Part shown: positions 1 to 10,124 of the stretch, piece by piece
Position numbering within the stretch: the first letter of the stretch is position 1
How the letters are laid out: each line of letters begins with the position of its first letter
Origin: Candidatus Altiarchaeota archaeon
GTDB taxonomy: Archaea; Altiarchaeota; Altiarchaeia; IMC4; SCGC-AAA252-I15
Length of the DNA: 64,000 nt
Assembly: GCA_043800705.1 (NCBI GenBank)
Contig: JAZDMS010000018.1
Location: 1-64,000 of the forward strand
Reading direction: 5' to 3'
The notes under the pieces: model-generated
What the model saw: only the letters and a program-made list of their open reading frames with translations
What the model was told of the DNA's origin: nothing
Databases searched by the model: none
Position numbers and translations under genes: made by a program

Positions 1-134
1 AGATTTACTACCGCCATCTCGCAGGCGAGGGCGCTGAACATGAACGCGACGATGAAGTCCAATGCGATGCTGTAGATCCGTATGCTCCAGAAGACCGTCC
101 TGGCCTCAAGGAGCCTCTCGTTAAGGTTTTCCAT
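1..134 (-). CDS. Membrane protein, 5' part only (runs off the window start)
   Basis: Manual translation from ATG at 134: MENLNERLLEARTVFWSIRIYSIALDFIVAFMFSALACEMAVV..., with a hydrophobic stretch; starts 4 nt after the stop of the upstream gene. Confidence 0.6.
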   Translation of the reverse strand, partial: MENLNERLLEARTVFWSIRIYSIALDFIVAFMFSALACEMAVVN

Positions 135-138
135 ATCT

Positions 139-849
139 TCAGGTCCCCCGCATAAGGTTCACTGTTTGGATAATCTGGTTCAGCTTGCCCTGCAGCGCAG
201 TGAACGTCGTCTCCATTGCGCTGACCTCGCCGCTTATGTCGCTGGCCTCCCTCCTCACTATCGTGGCGTTTGTCGGGTTGTCCTGTATCGTTCCGACGCT
301 GCTTTTTGCGTCCCTGATCCTGCCCCCCATCGATGTGACCTCGATGCCGAGGTCCTGTACCTGGTTGTCTAGGCTGGCGGCGTATCCTCTCATGCTGTCG
401 ACCTTCCTGTTGGACGCGCCGAGGGCTGTGTTGGCGGTGTCCAGCTGCCCCTTGTACTGGATGCTGGAAGCATAATATTGGTCTGCCTCCTTGGTCTTTA
501 TGGATAGTTTTTCCGCAGTCTGCGAGAGCGTCAGGTTCAAGCCGGTGACCTTCGTGTCAAGGAGGTTGGATGCGTTCTTGAGGCTCAACACGATCTGTGT
601 CTTGTCGTTCGAGTCCTGCTGAAAGTTCATAAGGGCCTGCTCCTTCTCCTTCAGCTGCGCCTCCTTGGCCAGAAGCTCGATGCGGGTCCTGTTCACCTGC
701 TCTGTGACGTTCTCGACGTTGGAGATCGCCATGTCGTACTTTTTCTTCAGGCCTTCATAGGTCCAGTAGGAGTAGATGACCAGGCCGATCATCGCTATGA
801 TAACCAGGAGCAGGAACCCCAAAAGGCCGAAGTTGACGTTGTGCTTCAT
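139..849 (-). CDS. N-terminally membrane-anchored coiled-coil protein
   Basis: Likely start MKHNVNFG at 849; TM helix LLGFLLLVIIAMIGLVIY followed by a long heptad-like helical region. Confidence 0.75.
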   Translation of the reverse strand: MKHNVNFGLLGFLLLVIIAMIGLVIYSYWTYEGLKKKYDMAISNVENVTEQVNRTRIELLAKEAQLKEKEQALMNFQQDSNDKTQIVLSLKNASNLLDTKVTGLNLTLSQTAEKLSIKTKEADQYYASSIQYKGQLDTANTALGASNRKVDSMRGYAASLDNQVQDLGIEVTSMGGRIRDAKSSVGTIQDNPTNATIVRREASDISGEVSAMETTFTALQGKLNQIIQTVNLMRGT

Positions 850-932
850 TACAAAAACGCGGGGGATCCTACCCTCCGCTTGCACCTCCCGTCTCTGTTT
901 GGCTATTTGGCATCTTGAGCGTGTTTGTAAGA

Positions 933-960
933 CATAATGCGCACCCACGGGCGCATTATG
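933..960. promoter_or_regulatory. Perfect 10-bp inverted repeat in a divergent intergenic region
   Basis: CATAATGCGC-acccacgg-GCGCATTATG; function unknown (operator or hairpin). Confidence 0.35.
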
Positions 961-1176
961 CTGATTTTCGAAGGGATTAACAGCTGCTACTATATATACC
1001 CCTTATAACGTAAAAAGGGATGTCCGCTCTAGCATTGGCCGTTCATCCTTTTAACGACCCAGAGCACGATCATCGCGGCCAGGTAAATGCGGCCCGCCCA
1101 AACGCAGCTGATCCTCATCCTCATTTTCGCCGTTTTTATAATCGGATTTCTTAATTCATATACTTTTTCGGTTAAA

Positions 1177-1347
1177 ATGAAGGTCAACAGGAGCAAATGC
1201 CTCTACTGCGGCGGCTGCGTGGGAATATGCCCCGCCTATGCGCTCGAACTCAAAGAGACCGTCCTGGCGGTGGACGGGAAGAAGTGCGTAAAATGCATGC
1301 TATGCGTGAAGTTCTGCCCTGTCGGGGCCATAAGGGGGGATGACTGA
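1177..1347 (+). CDS. 2x[4Fe-4S] ferredoxin
   Basis: CLYCGGCVGICP and CVKCMLCVKFCP motifs; stop overlaps the reductase start, so it is the likely electron donor. Confidence 0.9.
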   Translation: MKVNRSKCLYCGGCVGICPAYALELKETVLAVDGKKCVKCMLCVKFCPVGAIRGDD

Positions 1348-2546
1348 TGGCGGACTATGCCGTCGATGTGGCGATCGTCGGGGCAGGCCCGGCGGGCAGC
1401 GTAGCGGCATGGGAGCTCGCAAAGCGCAATGTCAGCGTCCTCGTCCTGGAAAAAAGGCAGGAGATCGGCGCCCCGAAGAGATGCGCCGAGGGGATAAACA
1501 TCAAAGGCCTGAGGAACATAGGCATCGAACCCGACCCGAAGTGGGCGATGCAGGAGATCGTCGGCGTGATCCTCTACTCCCCGAAGATGAGGGAGGTCGA
1601 CATGTCCGTCGGCAACAATACGGGATACATCCTCGAGCGAAAGATGTTCGAGAAGTGGCTTGCGACGCAGGCGATAAAGGCCGGGGCCAGATACATGGTC
1701 AAGACGACCGTCACGGACGTCATCACCGACGGCGGCAGAGTCGTCGGCCTCAAGGCCGACCACATGGGGGAGCCGATCATCGTCCGCTCGAAGCTGGTGA
1801 TAGCCGCCGACGGCGTAGACTCCATGACCGCGAAGAGGGCGGGCATCGACACCGTCAACAAGTTGGCGGACTACCACAGCGGCTTCCAGTACGAGATGGC
1901 CGGCGTTCAGGCCACGGAAAACAAGCTGCACCTATTCTTCGGAAACGAGATCGCGCCGAAGGGATACATCTGGATCTTCCCGAAAGGCGACACCGTCGCC
2001 AACGTAGGCATAGGCATAGTCGGCGCCAAATCCGAGGAGGGCAGGCGCGCGAAGGACCTCCTGGACAAGTTCATACGGAACAACCCCCGGTTCTTCGCAA
2101 AGGCAAGCCCCATCGAAGTCAACGGAGGGGGGATCCCAGTAGCCATACAGGTCAAGACGTTCGTGGGCGACGGCATCATGGTCGTCGGCGACGCGGCACA
2201 TCAGGTCAACCCGATACACGGCGGCGGCATAGCCATATCGACGGGGGCCGCCAAGATAGCCGCGAAGGTCGCAGCCGACGCACTCGCCGACGGCGACACA
2301 TCCAGGAAGCGGCTCCTCGAATACGAGAAGGCATGGTATGAGGCCGACGGCTCCAGGGTGAAGACGCTCCTGAAGCTGAGGATGTTCGTCGAAAAACTGA
2401 GCGACGAGGAGCTGGAAAGCCTCGCAGACATCCTTACCCCCGAAGAGCTGATGGCGCTGACGACGGGAGACAACAAGATAATGCTGAAGGCCATGTTCAC
2501 CAAGGCCTCGAAGCTCCTGCCCCTGGCGAAGAAGTACCTGGAGTGA
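1347..2546 (+). CDS. Digeranylgeranylglycerophospholipid (geranylgeranyl) reductase
   Basis: GAGPAG FAD motif, KRCAEG, APKGYIWIFPKG, GDAAHQVNPIHGGGI. Confidence 0.92.
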   Translation: MADYAVDVAIVGAGPAGSVAAWELAKRNVSVLVLEKRQEIGAPKRCAEGINIKGLRNIGIEPDPKWAMQEIVGVILYSPKMREVDMSVGNNTGYILERKMFEKWLATQAIKAGARYMVKTTVTDVITDGGRVVGLKADHMGEPIIVRSKLVIAADGVDSMTAKRAGIDTVNKLADYHSGFQYEMAGVQATENKLHLFFGNEIAPKGYIWIFPKGDTVANVGIGIVGAKSEEGRRAKDLLDKFIRNNPRFFAKASPIEVNGGGIPVAIQVKTFVGDGIMVVGDAAHQVNPIHGGGIAISTGAAKIAAKVAADALADGDTSRKRLLEYEKAWYEADGSRVKTLLKLRMFVEKLSDEELESLADILTPEELMALTTGDNKIMLKAMFTKASKLLPLAKKYLE

Positions 2547-2549
2547 ACC

Positions 2550-3110
2550 TCAGGGATTCTCGAACAGGTCACCCCTGCTCAGGGCGACCCTCACCTCCTG
2601 AATCGGCCTGAACCCGGCTTGCACCGCCGCCTCCCTCGTCCGCTCATACTCCGTTTCCGAAACGTGTATGAGCGGTTCGACGACCATGAGCCTGCCGCCT
2701 CTTTTGAGGATCGTCCGGAGCTCTTCGAATAAATTCGCCCTGTCCGGGACCTCGTGGACCATGTAGAATGCGAGGGCGAAATCCGCCTTTTCCGGGGCGC
2801 CGATCCTGTCCAACTCCGTCTTGTGCAGGATTATCCTCGTCAGGAGGCCTTTCTTTTCCGCCTTCCTCCTGACCCTCTGGAGCATCCCGTCCTGGAAGTC
2901 TGCGGCGATGACCTTCCCCCCCTCCCCGACCATCTCTGCCATGGGGATGGTGAAGACTCCGGGGCCGCAGCCTATGTCGATCGCGGTCTCTCCCTTGAAT
3001 ATGCGCCCTTCGAGTATCCTCCTCGGGTCATGGATGAGCCGACGCACCCAGTTGTCCAGAAAAATTGAAAGGAAAACCGGACAACCGTGAAACGGCTCGT
3101 GCGACGGCAT
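2550..3110 (-). CDS. Class I SAM-dependent methyltransferase
   Basis: IDIGCGPG motif I, VHEVPD, LKRGGRL. Confidence 0.88.
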   Translation of the reverse strand: MPSHEPFHGCPVFLSIFLDNWVRRLIHDPRRILEGRIFKGETAIDIGCGPGVFTIPMAEMVGEGGKVIAADFQDGMLQRVRRKAEKKGLLTRIILHKTELDRIGAPEKADFALAFYMVHEVPDRANLFEELRTILKRGGRLMVVEPLIHVSETEYERTREAAVQAGFRPIQEVRVALSRGDLFENP

Positions 3111-3117
3111 CCGGCAC

Positions 3118-3543
3118 CTACTTCTTCCTGAGCTCGTCCCTGATGTCTGTCAAGAGGCGGACCTCGTCCCTCGGCAGCGGGGGTTCGGCCTTCTTCTCGG
3201 CCTCCGCCTTCTTCGTCATCTTGTTGACCTGCTTGACGAGCAGGAAGACGACGAAGGCGACTATCGCGAAGTCTATTATGGAGTTGATGAACATCCCGTA
3301 TGCGATGACCGGAGCCCCCGCAGCCTTGGCTTCCGCCAGCGTGGCGTAGCTTTTGCCTGAGAGGTTAACGAAGAGGCTCGAGAAGTCGACGTTGCCGAGG
3401 ACTAGCCCGATTGGCGGCATCATCACGTCGTTCACGAGAGATGTGACCACCTTCCCGAATGCGGCGCCAATTATGACCCCGATCGCCAGGTCCAATACGC
3501 TCCCCCTCATCGCGAACGTCTTGAACTCGCCTAACGTGCTCAT
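3118..3543 (-). CDS. mscL: Large-conductance mechanosensitive channel
   Basis: [41 protein letters not shown] ... LLTDIRDEL; start at 3543 overlaps the upstream stop (ATGA). Confidence 0.95.
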   Translation of the reverse strand: MSTLGEFKTFAMRGSVLDLAIGVIIGAAFGKVVTSLVNDVMMPPIGLVLGNVDFSSLFVNLSGKSYATLAEAKAAGAPVIAYGMFINSIIDFAIVAFVVFLLVKQVNKMTKKAEAEKKAEPPLPRDEVRLLTDIRDELRKK

Positions 3544-4259
3544 GCTTTCACCTCTTTCCCCAACAGCCACCTGTGCAGCGGTTCGAATGTGGCCTTGTCG
3601 AGCCTGTCGATGTTTGCATTCGCCTCGGCGATCCACTCGCCTATCTGGGTCGTCTTGTACGAGCCGATCGCAGCCTCGAGCCTCTCCTGGCTCAGCGCCC
3701 CGGAGACCCCCACCCATTCGCACAGGTAGTGTATGTCGGATGCGCTGTATCCCGGCGTCATGTCCGCAAGCCTACCGACGTCGAGCCTGTCGGCGGCGAT
3801 TCCGAGATTGTGCTCGAAAATCCCCATCCGTGCCTCGACGTCCGGATCAGGCATGAACACCCAGCTTGGAAAAGCACTCACCAGCGACCCCACCCTCCAC
3901 GGGAAGTTCGTTGCGCCGACGACGAGGACCTCCGCCGGCATGTTCATCAGGGAATCCCTGAGCACCGGCCTGTAGTTGACCCACTCAACGGAGTCGAAGT
4001 AGACGAGGCTCTGCCTCGACGCAAACTTCGCCGAGTTGATCAGCTCCTTCGCAGGGTCGTTCGGGCCCACGGCCTTGAAGCTCAGGCCAAGTTCCCCGGC
4101 AACGGCCTTCGCGACGAACGTCTTGCCCGTGCCGGGAGGCCCGTAGAATATTATCCTCCTCGACCCCCCTTCGATGCCTCCCTTCAAAGGTTCGACAACG
4201 CATTCCCTCAGAATCTTCACAAATGCGCTGGATCCGGTAATATCGGACAGATTCGGCAT
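3540..4259 (-). CDS. AAA+ ATPase-like protein (Vps4/Cdc48-type fold) with degenerate catalytic motifs
   Basis: Walker [18 protein letters not shown] and GYSASDI present; Walker B reads YFDSVE. Confidence 0.8.
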   Translation of the reverse strand: MPNLSDITGSSAFVKILRECVVEPLKGGIEGGSRRIIFYGPPGTGKTFVAKAVAGELGLSFKAVGPNDPAKELINSAKFASRQSLVYFDSVEWVNYRPVLRDSLMNMPAEVLVVGATNFPWRVGSLVSAFPSWVFMPDPDVEARMGIFEHNLGIAADRLDVGRLADMTPGYSASDIHYLCEWVGVSGALSQERLEAAIGSYKTTQIGEWIAEANANIDRLDKATFEPLHRWLLGKEVKA

Positions 4260-4332
4260 ATACACACCCCACAATCGATGAATATTAATCGTCCTCTGCC
4301 TTATAAAAACGCCCGCCGAGAATATTTAAGCG

Positions 4333-4752
4333 ATGCTGGTCAAAGACGTCATGTCAAAAAGGCTCATTATGATAGGGCCAAGGGAGATGGTATTCGCAGC
4401 GGTGAAGCTGATGGTGGCCAACAACATCAGCGGCGTCGTGGTCGAGGAAGGCAAGAAGGCAGTGGGTATAATCACGATGAAGGACATAATCCGGCGCGTC
4501 GTCGCAAATGAGAGGGACATCTACGGGACACAGGTTTCGGAGGTCATGTCCTCCCCAGTGCAGACGATAAACCAGCTCACCGCCCTGGAGCGGGCGGCCT
4601 CATGGATGGGCGAGCACAAGATAAAGCGGCTCGTGGCAGTGGACGACAAGAACAAGGCGGTCGGCATCGTCACGGTCATGGACATAGTCTCGAAGCTGCC
4701 TGAGATGGTGGACGTCATGTTCCAGACATGGGTGAAGCCGGACTGGAGATGA
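4333..4752 (+). CDS. CBS domain pair protein
   Basis: VKDVMS ... VGIITMKDI ... VSEVMS ... VGIVTVMDI. Confidence 0.9.
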   Translation: MLVKDVMSKRLIMIGPREMVFAAVKLMVANNISGVVVEEGKKAVGIITMKDIIRRVVANERDIYGTQVSEVMSSPVQTINQLTALERAASWMGEHKIKRLVAVDDKNKAVGIVTVMDIVSKLPEMVDVMFQTWVKPDWR

Positions 4753-5162
4753 AAATGAAGTGCCCAAAAGACCAAACTGAGATGGAGGACCTGTTCATAG
4801 ACGGGGTCGAAATCAATTCTTGCAAACGCTGCGCAGGCCTCTGGCTGGACTGGGGAGAGCTGAAGAAGCTGGCCGGGACCTACGCTAACGAGAACGAGCT
4901 CATGTACCGGGGTATGAGCGACATCAACTGCCCCCGCTGCGGGAAGAGGATGAACCAGGCGGACCTCCACTCCGTCATAATCGAGGAATGCACCAAAGAC
5001 GGCCTGTTCTTCGACGAGGGCGAGCTGGAGAAGGTACTCGGGCGCAAGCTGGACCTGCAGGGAAGCCTCATAAGGATTGACGTGTCAGCCCAGGACCTGA
5101 AGACGCTCCTGGAAAAGGGTTCCATCAAGGTCGGACGCCACGAGATATCGCTGAGGCGCTAG
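4749..5162 (+). CDS. Tandem zf-TFIIB-type zinc-ribbon protein
   Basis: CPKD ... CKRCAGLWLDWGEL and CPRC ... ECTKDGLFFDEGEL. Confidence 0.82.
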   Translation: MKMKCPKDQTEMEDLFIDGVEINSCKRCAGLWLDWGELKKLAGTYANENELMYRGMSDINCPRCGKRMNQADLHSVIIEECTKDGLFFDEGELEKVLGRKLDLQGSLIRIDVSAQDLKTLLEKGSIKVGRHEISLRR

Positions 5163-5163
5163 C

Positions 5164-5823
5164 GTGAACCGGATAGGCACCGACGAATCCGGCAAAGGCG
5201 ACTACTTCGGCCCCCTCGTCGTCGCTGCCGTATACGTCGGAGACGACGAGGCGAAGCTGAAGAAGCTCGGAGTCAAGGACTCGAAGAAGCTCTCAGACCC
5301 AAAGGCGCTCGAGCTGGCAGAGGAGATAAAGAAATCGAGCCCCTACGACATCGTCCGAATAAACCCCGAAAAATACAACAAGCTACACGAGAAGTTCGGC
5401 AACCTCAATATCCTGCTCGCCTGGGCGCACGCAAGGGCCATAGAGAACCTCCTTGCCAAAGTCGAAGCCAAGAAGGTGATATCCGACCAGTTCGGCGACG
5501 AGAAATACCTCAAAGAGAAGCTGATGAAAAAGGGGAAAAAGGTCGAGCTGATACAGATGCACAGGGCCGAATCAGACACCGCAGTCGCCGCCGCATCGGT
5601 CGTGGCGCGGGCCGCATTCCTCGACAGCCTCGCATACCTGTCGCGGACGTACGGGATACAATTCCCCAAAGGGGCCACTCACGTAGAGCACCAAGGCAGG
5701 ATGTTCATCGCAGCATACGGGCAAGAACGACTAAAAGAAGTCGCGAAGGTCCACTTCAAGACGACGCAGAGGATAATGCCGGGCTCCGCACGTGACGGTT
5801 CATCGCCTCTGCAGAAATCCTGA
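5164..5823 (+). CDS. rnhC: Ribonuclease HIII-like protein (catalytic domain only)
   Basis: IGTDESGKGDYFGPLVVAAV, GVKDSKKL, LAWAHARAIE, SDQF, VAAASVVAR, AKVHFKT. Confidence 0.8.
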   Translation: MNRIGTDESGKGDYFGPLVVAAVYVGDDEAKLKKLGVKDSKKLSDPKALELAEEIKKSSPYDIVRINPEKYNKLHEKFGNLNILLAWAHARAIENLLAKVEAKKVISDQFGDEKYLKEKLMKKGKKVELIQMHRAESDTAVAAASVVARAAFLDSLAYLSRTYGIQFPKGATHVEHQGRMFIAAYGQERLKEVAKVHFKTTQRIMPGSARDGSSPLQKS

Positions 5824-5858
5824 GGAGCGCTTATATTTCCGCGTTCGATATATTGTGG

Positions 5859-7106
5859 GTGGTTGAACTTCGTCCCTTCAAGAAGCTCAGATACAAGCTG
5901 GCGAAGATAGCCGACATAACAAAGGTCGTCTGCCTCCCATACGACATCATCACCCCCATCAAGCAGGAGGAATTCTACCGCCTATCGCCCTACAACTTCG
6001 TCAGGCTCGTCCTTCCCAAAGACGAGCCGGGCGACGGAGCGGACGGAAAATACCAGCGCGTGAAAAAGCTCATGGACGAGTGGATACGCGACGGCATACT
6101 CGTCGAAGACGACAAGGAAGCCCTCTACCTATACGAGGAAGACTACCCCCTCGAAGGAAAAAGACTGACGCAGGCGGGGATCATCGGCCTGGTCAAACTC
6201 GAACCGTTCGAAAAAGGCATAATACTCCCCCATGAGCGGATACTCAAAGGCCCATTGGAAGACCGCTACAGGCTGCTAAAAGCGACCAATGCAAGCCTCG
6301 AGATGATAATCGGCCTCTTCCCCGACAAGGCAGACACCGCAGCCAAGGCCATGGCCAAATACATGGCGCTGAAGCCGCAACTGGACTTCATCCACGCCGA
6401 CGACATACGGCACAGGGTCTGGAAGATCACAGACAAGGCCGACATCGAAGCCCTGGCCAGGACTCTCAAAGGCAACAACATCATAATCGCAGACGGCCAC
6501 CACAGATACACCACCGCACTGAAGGTGATGGAGGAGGGCGGCCCCACGCACCTGCTCATGCTCCTGCAGCGGATGGAAAATGGCTTAAAGGTCCTGCCCA
6601 CCCACCGCCTCCTCAAGAACATACCCGAGAAGGAGAAGACGCTGAAGAAACTCACCCAGGCGTTCGAGCTGACAACCGTCGAAGGCGGCCTCGACGAGCT
6701 CCTGGCGAAGATGGCAACGGAAGGGAAACCGTCATTCGGCCTGTACAACGGAAGCTATCATCTTCTCACGCTGAAGGATGCGAAAGCCCTCGAATCGGTG
6801 CGCGACCCCGAACGGACCAAGGCGTGGAACGAACTGGACGTCAACGTCCTGCAATCCCTCATCATAACCAAACTCCTCGGCGTCGACTACAAGGCCGCCG
6901 CAGACAACGGAAGCCTCGGATTCGTCAAAGACGCCAAAAAAGCAGTCAAAAGCGTATACACCGGCGAATACGAGGCCGCATTCCTCCTCAACCCCACAAG
7001 CATCGACGAAATATACGCCGTGGCCAAGGCCGGCGAAAGAATGCCGCAGAAATCCACATACTTCTACCCGAAACCCCTATCCGGCATACTGATGGCAAGA
7101 CTATAA
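5859..7106 (+). CDS. DUF1015 family protein
   Basis: PYDII, ILPHE, IADGHHRY, MPQKSTYFYPKPLSG signature motifs. Confidence 0.88.
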   Translation: MVELRPFKKLRYKLAKIADITKVVCLPYDIITPIKQEEFYRLSPYNFVRLVLPKDEPGDGADGKYQRVKKLMDEWIRDGILVEDDKEALYLYEEDYPLEGKRLTQAGIIGLVKLEPFEKGIILPHERILKGPLEDRYRLLKATNASLEMIIGLFPDKADTAAKAMAKYMALKPQLDFIHADDIRHRVWKITDKADIEALARTLKGNNIIIADGHHRYTTALKVMEEGGPTHLLMLLQRMENGLKVLPTHRLLKNIPEKEKTLKKLTQAFELTTVEGGLDELLAKMATEGKPSFGLYNGSYHLLTLKDAKALESVRDPERTKAWNELDVNVLQSLIITKLLGVDYKAAADNGSLGFVKDAKKAVKSVYTGEYEAAFLLNPTSIDEIYAVAKAGERMPQKSTYFYPKPLSGILMARL

Positions 7107-7151
7107 ATCCCCCTACCGGGGATATAAGCCCAATACCCCAATGTCTAAACG

Positions 7152-10124
7152 ATGGGCGCCCCGAAGGAAATCATTGACCTAGTCGAACGTTTTGAAAAAT
7201 TCAATCAATCCTATACCAGCCAATCATATAACGAAACCCAGCTTCGGGAAGAATTCGTTAACCCACTCTTCGAGGCCTTGGGCTGGGATGTTCGGAACAC
7301 GTCCGGCAGAGCCGAAGCGTACAAGGACGTAATCCACGAGGACGCCATCAAAATCGGAAAAACGACCAAAGCCCCCGACTATTCATTCCGCATCGGGGGG
7401 ACAAGAAAATTCTTCCTGGAAACCAAGAAACCGGCAGTAAACATCAAAGACAACCCAGATGCGGCCTATCAGATACGACGATACTCCTGGAGCGCGAAAC
7501 TCCCTCTCGCAGTCCTGACGAACTTCGACGCTTTCGCAGTCTACGATTGCCGCCAAAAACCGAAACCAACAGACAAGGCGGATGTCGGGCGCATACTCTA
7601 CATAATCCGTCAAGACTACGCCGCAAAATGGGATGAGCTAGCGGGCATATTCTCAAAGAACTCCATAGAAACCGGCTTATTCGACCAATACGCAGAATCC
7701 GTAAAAGGAAAGAAAGGCACATCCGAGGTTGATGACGAATTCCTGAAAGAGATCGAAGGCTGGCGGGATATGCTGGCCCGAAACATAGCCATTAGAAACC
7801 CCAATCTCTCCCTCCGGGAGATGAACTTCGCAGTCCAGACGACAATAGACCGGATAGTATTCCTGCGAATCTGCGAAGACAGGGGAATCGAACCATACGG
7901 ACAGCTGCAAAGCCTCCAAGACAAGGAAAACATCTACAAAGCGCTGAAAAAAATCTATGAAGCAGCAGACGAAAAATACAACAGCGGCCTCTTCCACTTC
8001 AATGAGGAGAAAGGCCGAAAAAGCCACCCCGACGGACTTTCAATGTCCTTGGACATAGACGACAAAACACTCAAAGACATCATAAAACGCCTATACTATC
8101 CCGAATGCCCCTATGTTTTCTCAGTCCTTAGCGTGGATATCCTGGGGAACGTGTATGAGCAGTTTCTAGGGAAGGTTATCCGGCTGACGGAATCACACCA
8201 CGCGAAAGTCGAGGAGAAACCAGAGGTTAAAAAAGCCGGCGGCGTATTCTACACCCCGAAATACATCGTAGACTACATCGTAGAAAACACCGTCGGAAAA
8301 CTAGTCAAGGATAAAACGCCGAAAGAGATAGCAGAAGTAAAAATCCTCGACCCGGCCTGCGGCTCAGGCTCGTTCCTTATCGGCGCATACACCTACCTTC
8401 TGAGGTATCACAGAGACTGGTATTTTGAACATAAGCCCGAAAAACACCAGGATGAAATCTATCAAGGCAAAGGGGGACAATGGCATCTCACAACGCAGGA
8501 GAAGAAACGGATACTCCTAAACAACATCTACGGCGTCGACATAGACGGCCAAGCCGTCGAAGTCACGAAACTGAACTTGATGCTTAAGGTCCTGGAAAAC
8601 GAGAGCCAAGACACCCTGCAAGCCCAAAAGAAGCTATTCAGGGAACGCGCCCTGCCAGACCTCGACAACAACATAAAATGCGGAAACAGCCTAATCGGTC
8701 CCGACTTCTACAAAAACCCGCAAACCACACTTGCCCAAGAAGAACAATACGGAATCAACGTATTCGACTGGCAAAAAGAATTCCCATTCAAATTCGACGC
8801 AGTAATAGGAAATCCACCATATGTCCGACAAGAAATGCTTGGGGACTTCAAAGAATATTTCCAAAGAACATATTCTACATATCAAGGTGCTGCTGATCTT
8901 TACGTTTACTTCATAGAAAAAGGAGTTTCTCTCCTGAATACGGAGGGGATATTCGGGATTATCGTAGCTAATAAATGGATGAAAGCGAAGTATGGACAAC
9001 CACTTCGCAAATGGATGAAGGAACGTAAAATTGAAGAGATAATCGATTTTGGAGATCTTCGTGTTTTCGAAAAAGCAACTACATATCCCTGTATACTTTC
9101 CATATCTGCTGGTAAACCAAAAAAACAATTTAAGGTGGTAAAGGTAGAAAATCTCGACTTCACAGATTTACAAAAATATTTACGTGGGCGTCGTTATGAA
9201 GTTAATCAAAATAATCTCAATGATGACGGATGGACATTAGGGGACTTAGATCTAGAAAATCTACTTGAGAAATTAAAAAAGAATAGTATTACTCTCAAAG
9301 AGTATGTTCAAGGAGAGATATACCGCGGGGTTCTTTCAGGTTTAGATGAAGCATTCGTTATAGACTCTAGTACATATTCAAAACTTATTTCAGGGGATTC
9401 AAAATCTAAGGAACTGATTAGGCCTTATCTGATGGGCAGAGATATAAAGAGGTATTCCCCCCCAGAGATAAGTAGATATCTCCTCTTCACAAAAAGAGGG
9501 ACAAATATTAATGAATACCCTGCGATTAAAAATTATCTTCTTCAATTCAGGGATAGGTTGACCCCTCGCCCAAAATCCTACTCTGGCAAAGATTGGCCGG
9601 GTAGAAAACCAGGGAATTACGAGTGGTTTGAGATACAGGATACAGTAGACTATTACCCCGAGCTTGAGAAACCTAAGATAATCTACCTTAAATTTCAGGT
9701 CAAACCCGCGTTTACATTTGATGAAACGGGTGCATTTGGGAACAGCGCAACCTGGTTTATCCCTAAGGATGATAAATACTTACTTGGCATTCTAAATTCA
9801 AAGTTAGGGTGGCTGATGATATCAAATACCTGCACTCAGATACAAAACGGATATCAATTAATTTTCCAGTATCTAGGAAAAATACCGATTCATATTATAA
9901 GCTCTAATAATGTATCAGAAAAAGCTCTTCATAGTACAGTTGTCTCTTTGGTTTCACAAATTTTAGAATTGAATAAGCGTTTGACCTTGATTAAGACTCC
10001 TGATGAGAAGAACATGGTTCAGCGGCAGATTGACGCCGCAGACTCAGAAGTCAATAATATAGTTTACCAGCTTTACGGTCTTTCTGAGGAGGAGATTAAG
10101 ATTGTGGAGGGTGTTCATGGATAA
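7152..10124 (+). CDS. Type IIG restriction-modification enzyme (fused endonuclease, N6-adenine methyltransferase and target recognition domain)
   Basis: N-terminal PDY ... ETKKP nuclease motif, GVFYTP, ILDPACGSGSF (motif I), IGNPPY (motif IV), TaqI_C-like TRD, C-terminal VYQLYGLSEEEIKIVE. Confidence 0.92.
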   Translation: MGAPKEIIDLVERFEKFNQSYTSQSYNETQLREEFVNPLFEALGWDVRNTSGRAEAYKDVIHEDAIKIGKTTKAPDYSFRIGGTRKFFLETKKPAVNIKDNPDAAYQIRRYSWSAKLPLAVLTNFDAFAVYDCRQKPKPTDKADVGRILYIIRQDYAAKWDELAGIFSKNSIETGLFDQYAESVKGKKGTSEVDDEFLKEIEGWRDMLARNIAIRNPNLSLREMNFAVQTTIDRIVFLRICEDRGIEPYGQLQSLQDKENIYKALKKIYEAADEKYNSGLFHFNEEKGRKSHPDGLSMSLDIDDKTLKDIIKRLYYPECPYVFSVLSVDILGNVYEQFLGKVIRLTESHHAKVEEKPEVKKAGGVFYTPKYIVDYIVENTVGKLVKDKTPKEIAEVKILDPACGSGSFLIGAYTYLLRYHRDWYFEHKPEKHQDEIYQGKGGQWHLTTQEKKRILLNNIYGVDIDGQAVEVTKLNLMLKVLENESQDTLQAQKKLFRERALPDLDNNIKCGNSLIGPDFYKNPQTTLAQEEQYGINVFDWQKEFPFKFDAVIGNPPYVRQEMLGDFKEYFQRTYSTYQGAADLYVYFIEKGVSLLNTEGIFGIIVANKWMKAKYGQPLRKWMKERKIEEIIDFGDLRVFEKATTYPCILSISAGKPKKQFKVVKVENLDFTDLQKYLRGRRYEVNQNNLNDDGWTLGDLDLENLLEKLKKNSITLKEYVQGEIYRGVLSGLDEAFVIDSSTYSKLISGDSKSKELIRPYLMGRDIKRYSPPEISRYLLFTKRGTNINEYPAIKNYLLQFRDRLTPRPKSYSGKDWPGRKPGNYEWFEIQDTVDYYPELEKPKIIYLKFQVKPAFTFDETGAFGNSATWFIPKDDKYLLGILNSKLGWLMISNTCTQIQNGYQLIFQYLGKIPIHIISSNNVSEKALHSTVVSLVSQILELNKRLTLIKTPDEKNMVQRQIDAADSEVNNIVYQLYGLSEEEIKIVEGVHG

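Noticed and set aside
1087-1176. Hydrophobic N-terminal extension on the ferredoxin, and a 31-codon minus-strand ORF at 1029-1124
   Set aside because: The region is AT-rich promoter sequence, the ferredoxin starts naturally at 1177 and the small ORF has no further support
3544-3723. Long N-terminal extension of MscL in the ORF track
   Set aside because: It overlaps the AAA gene in another frame; the true start is 3543
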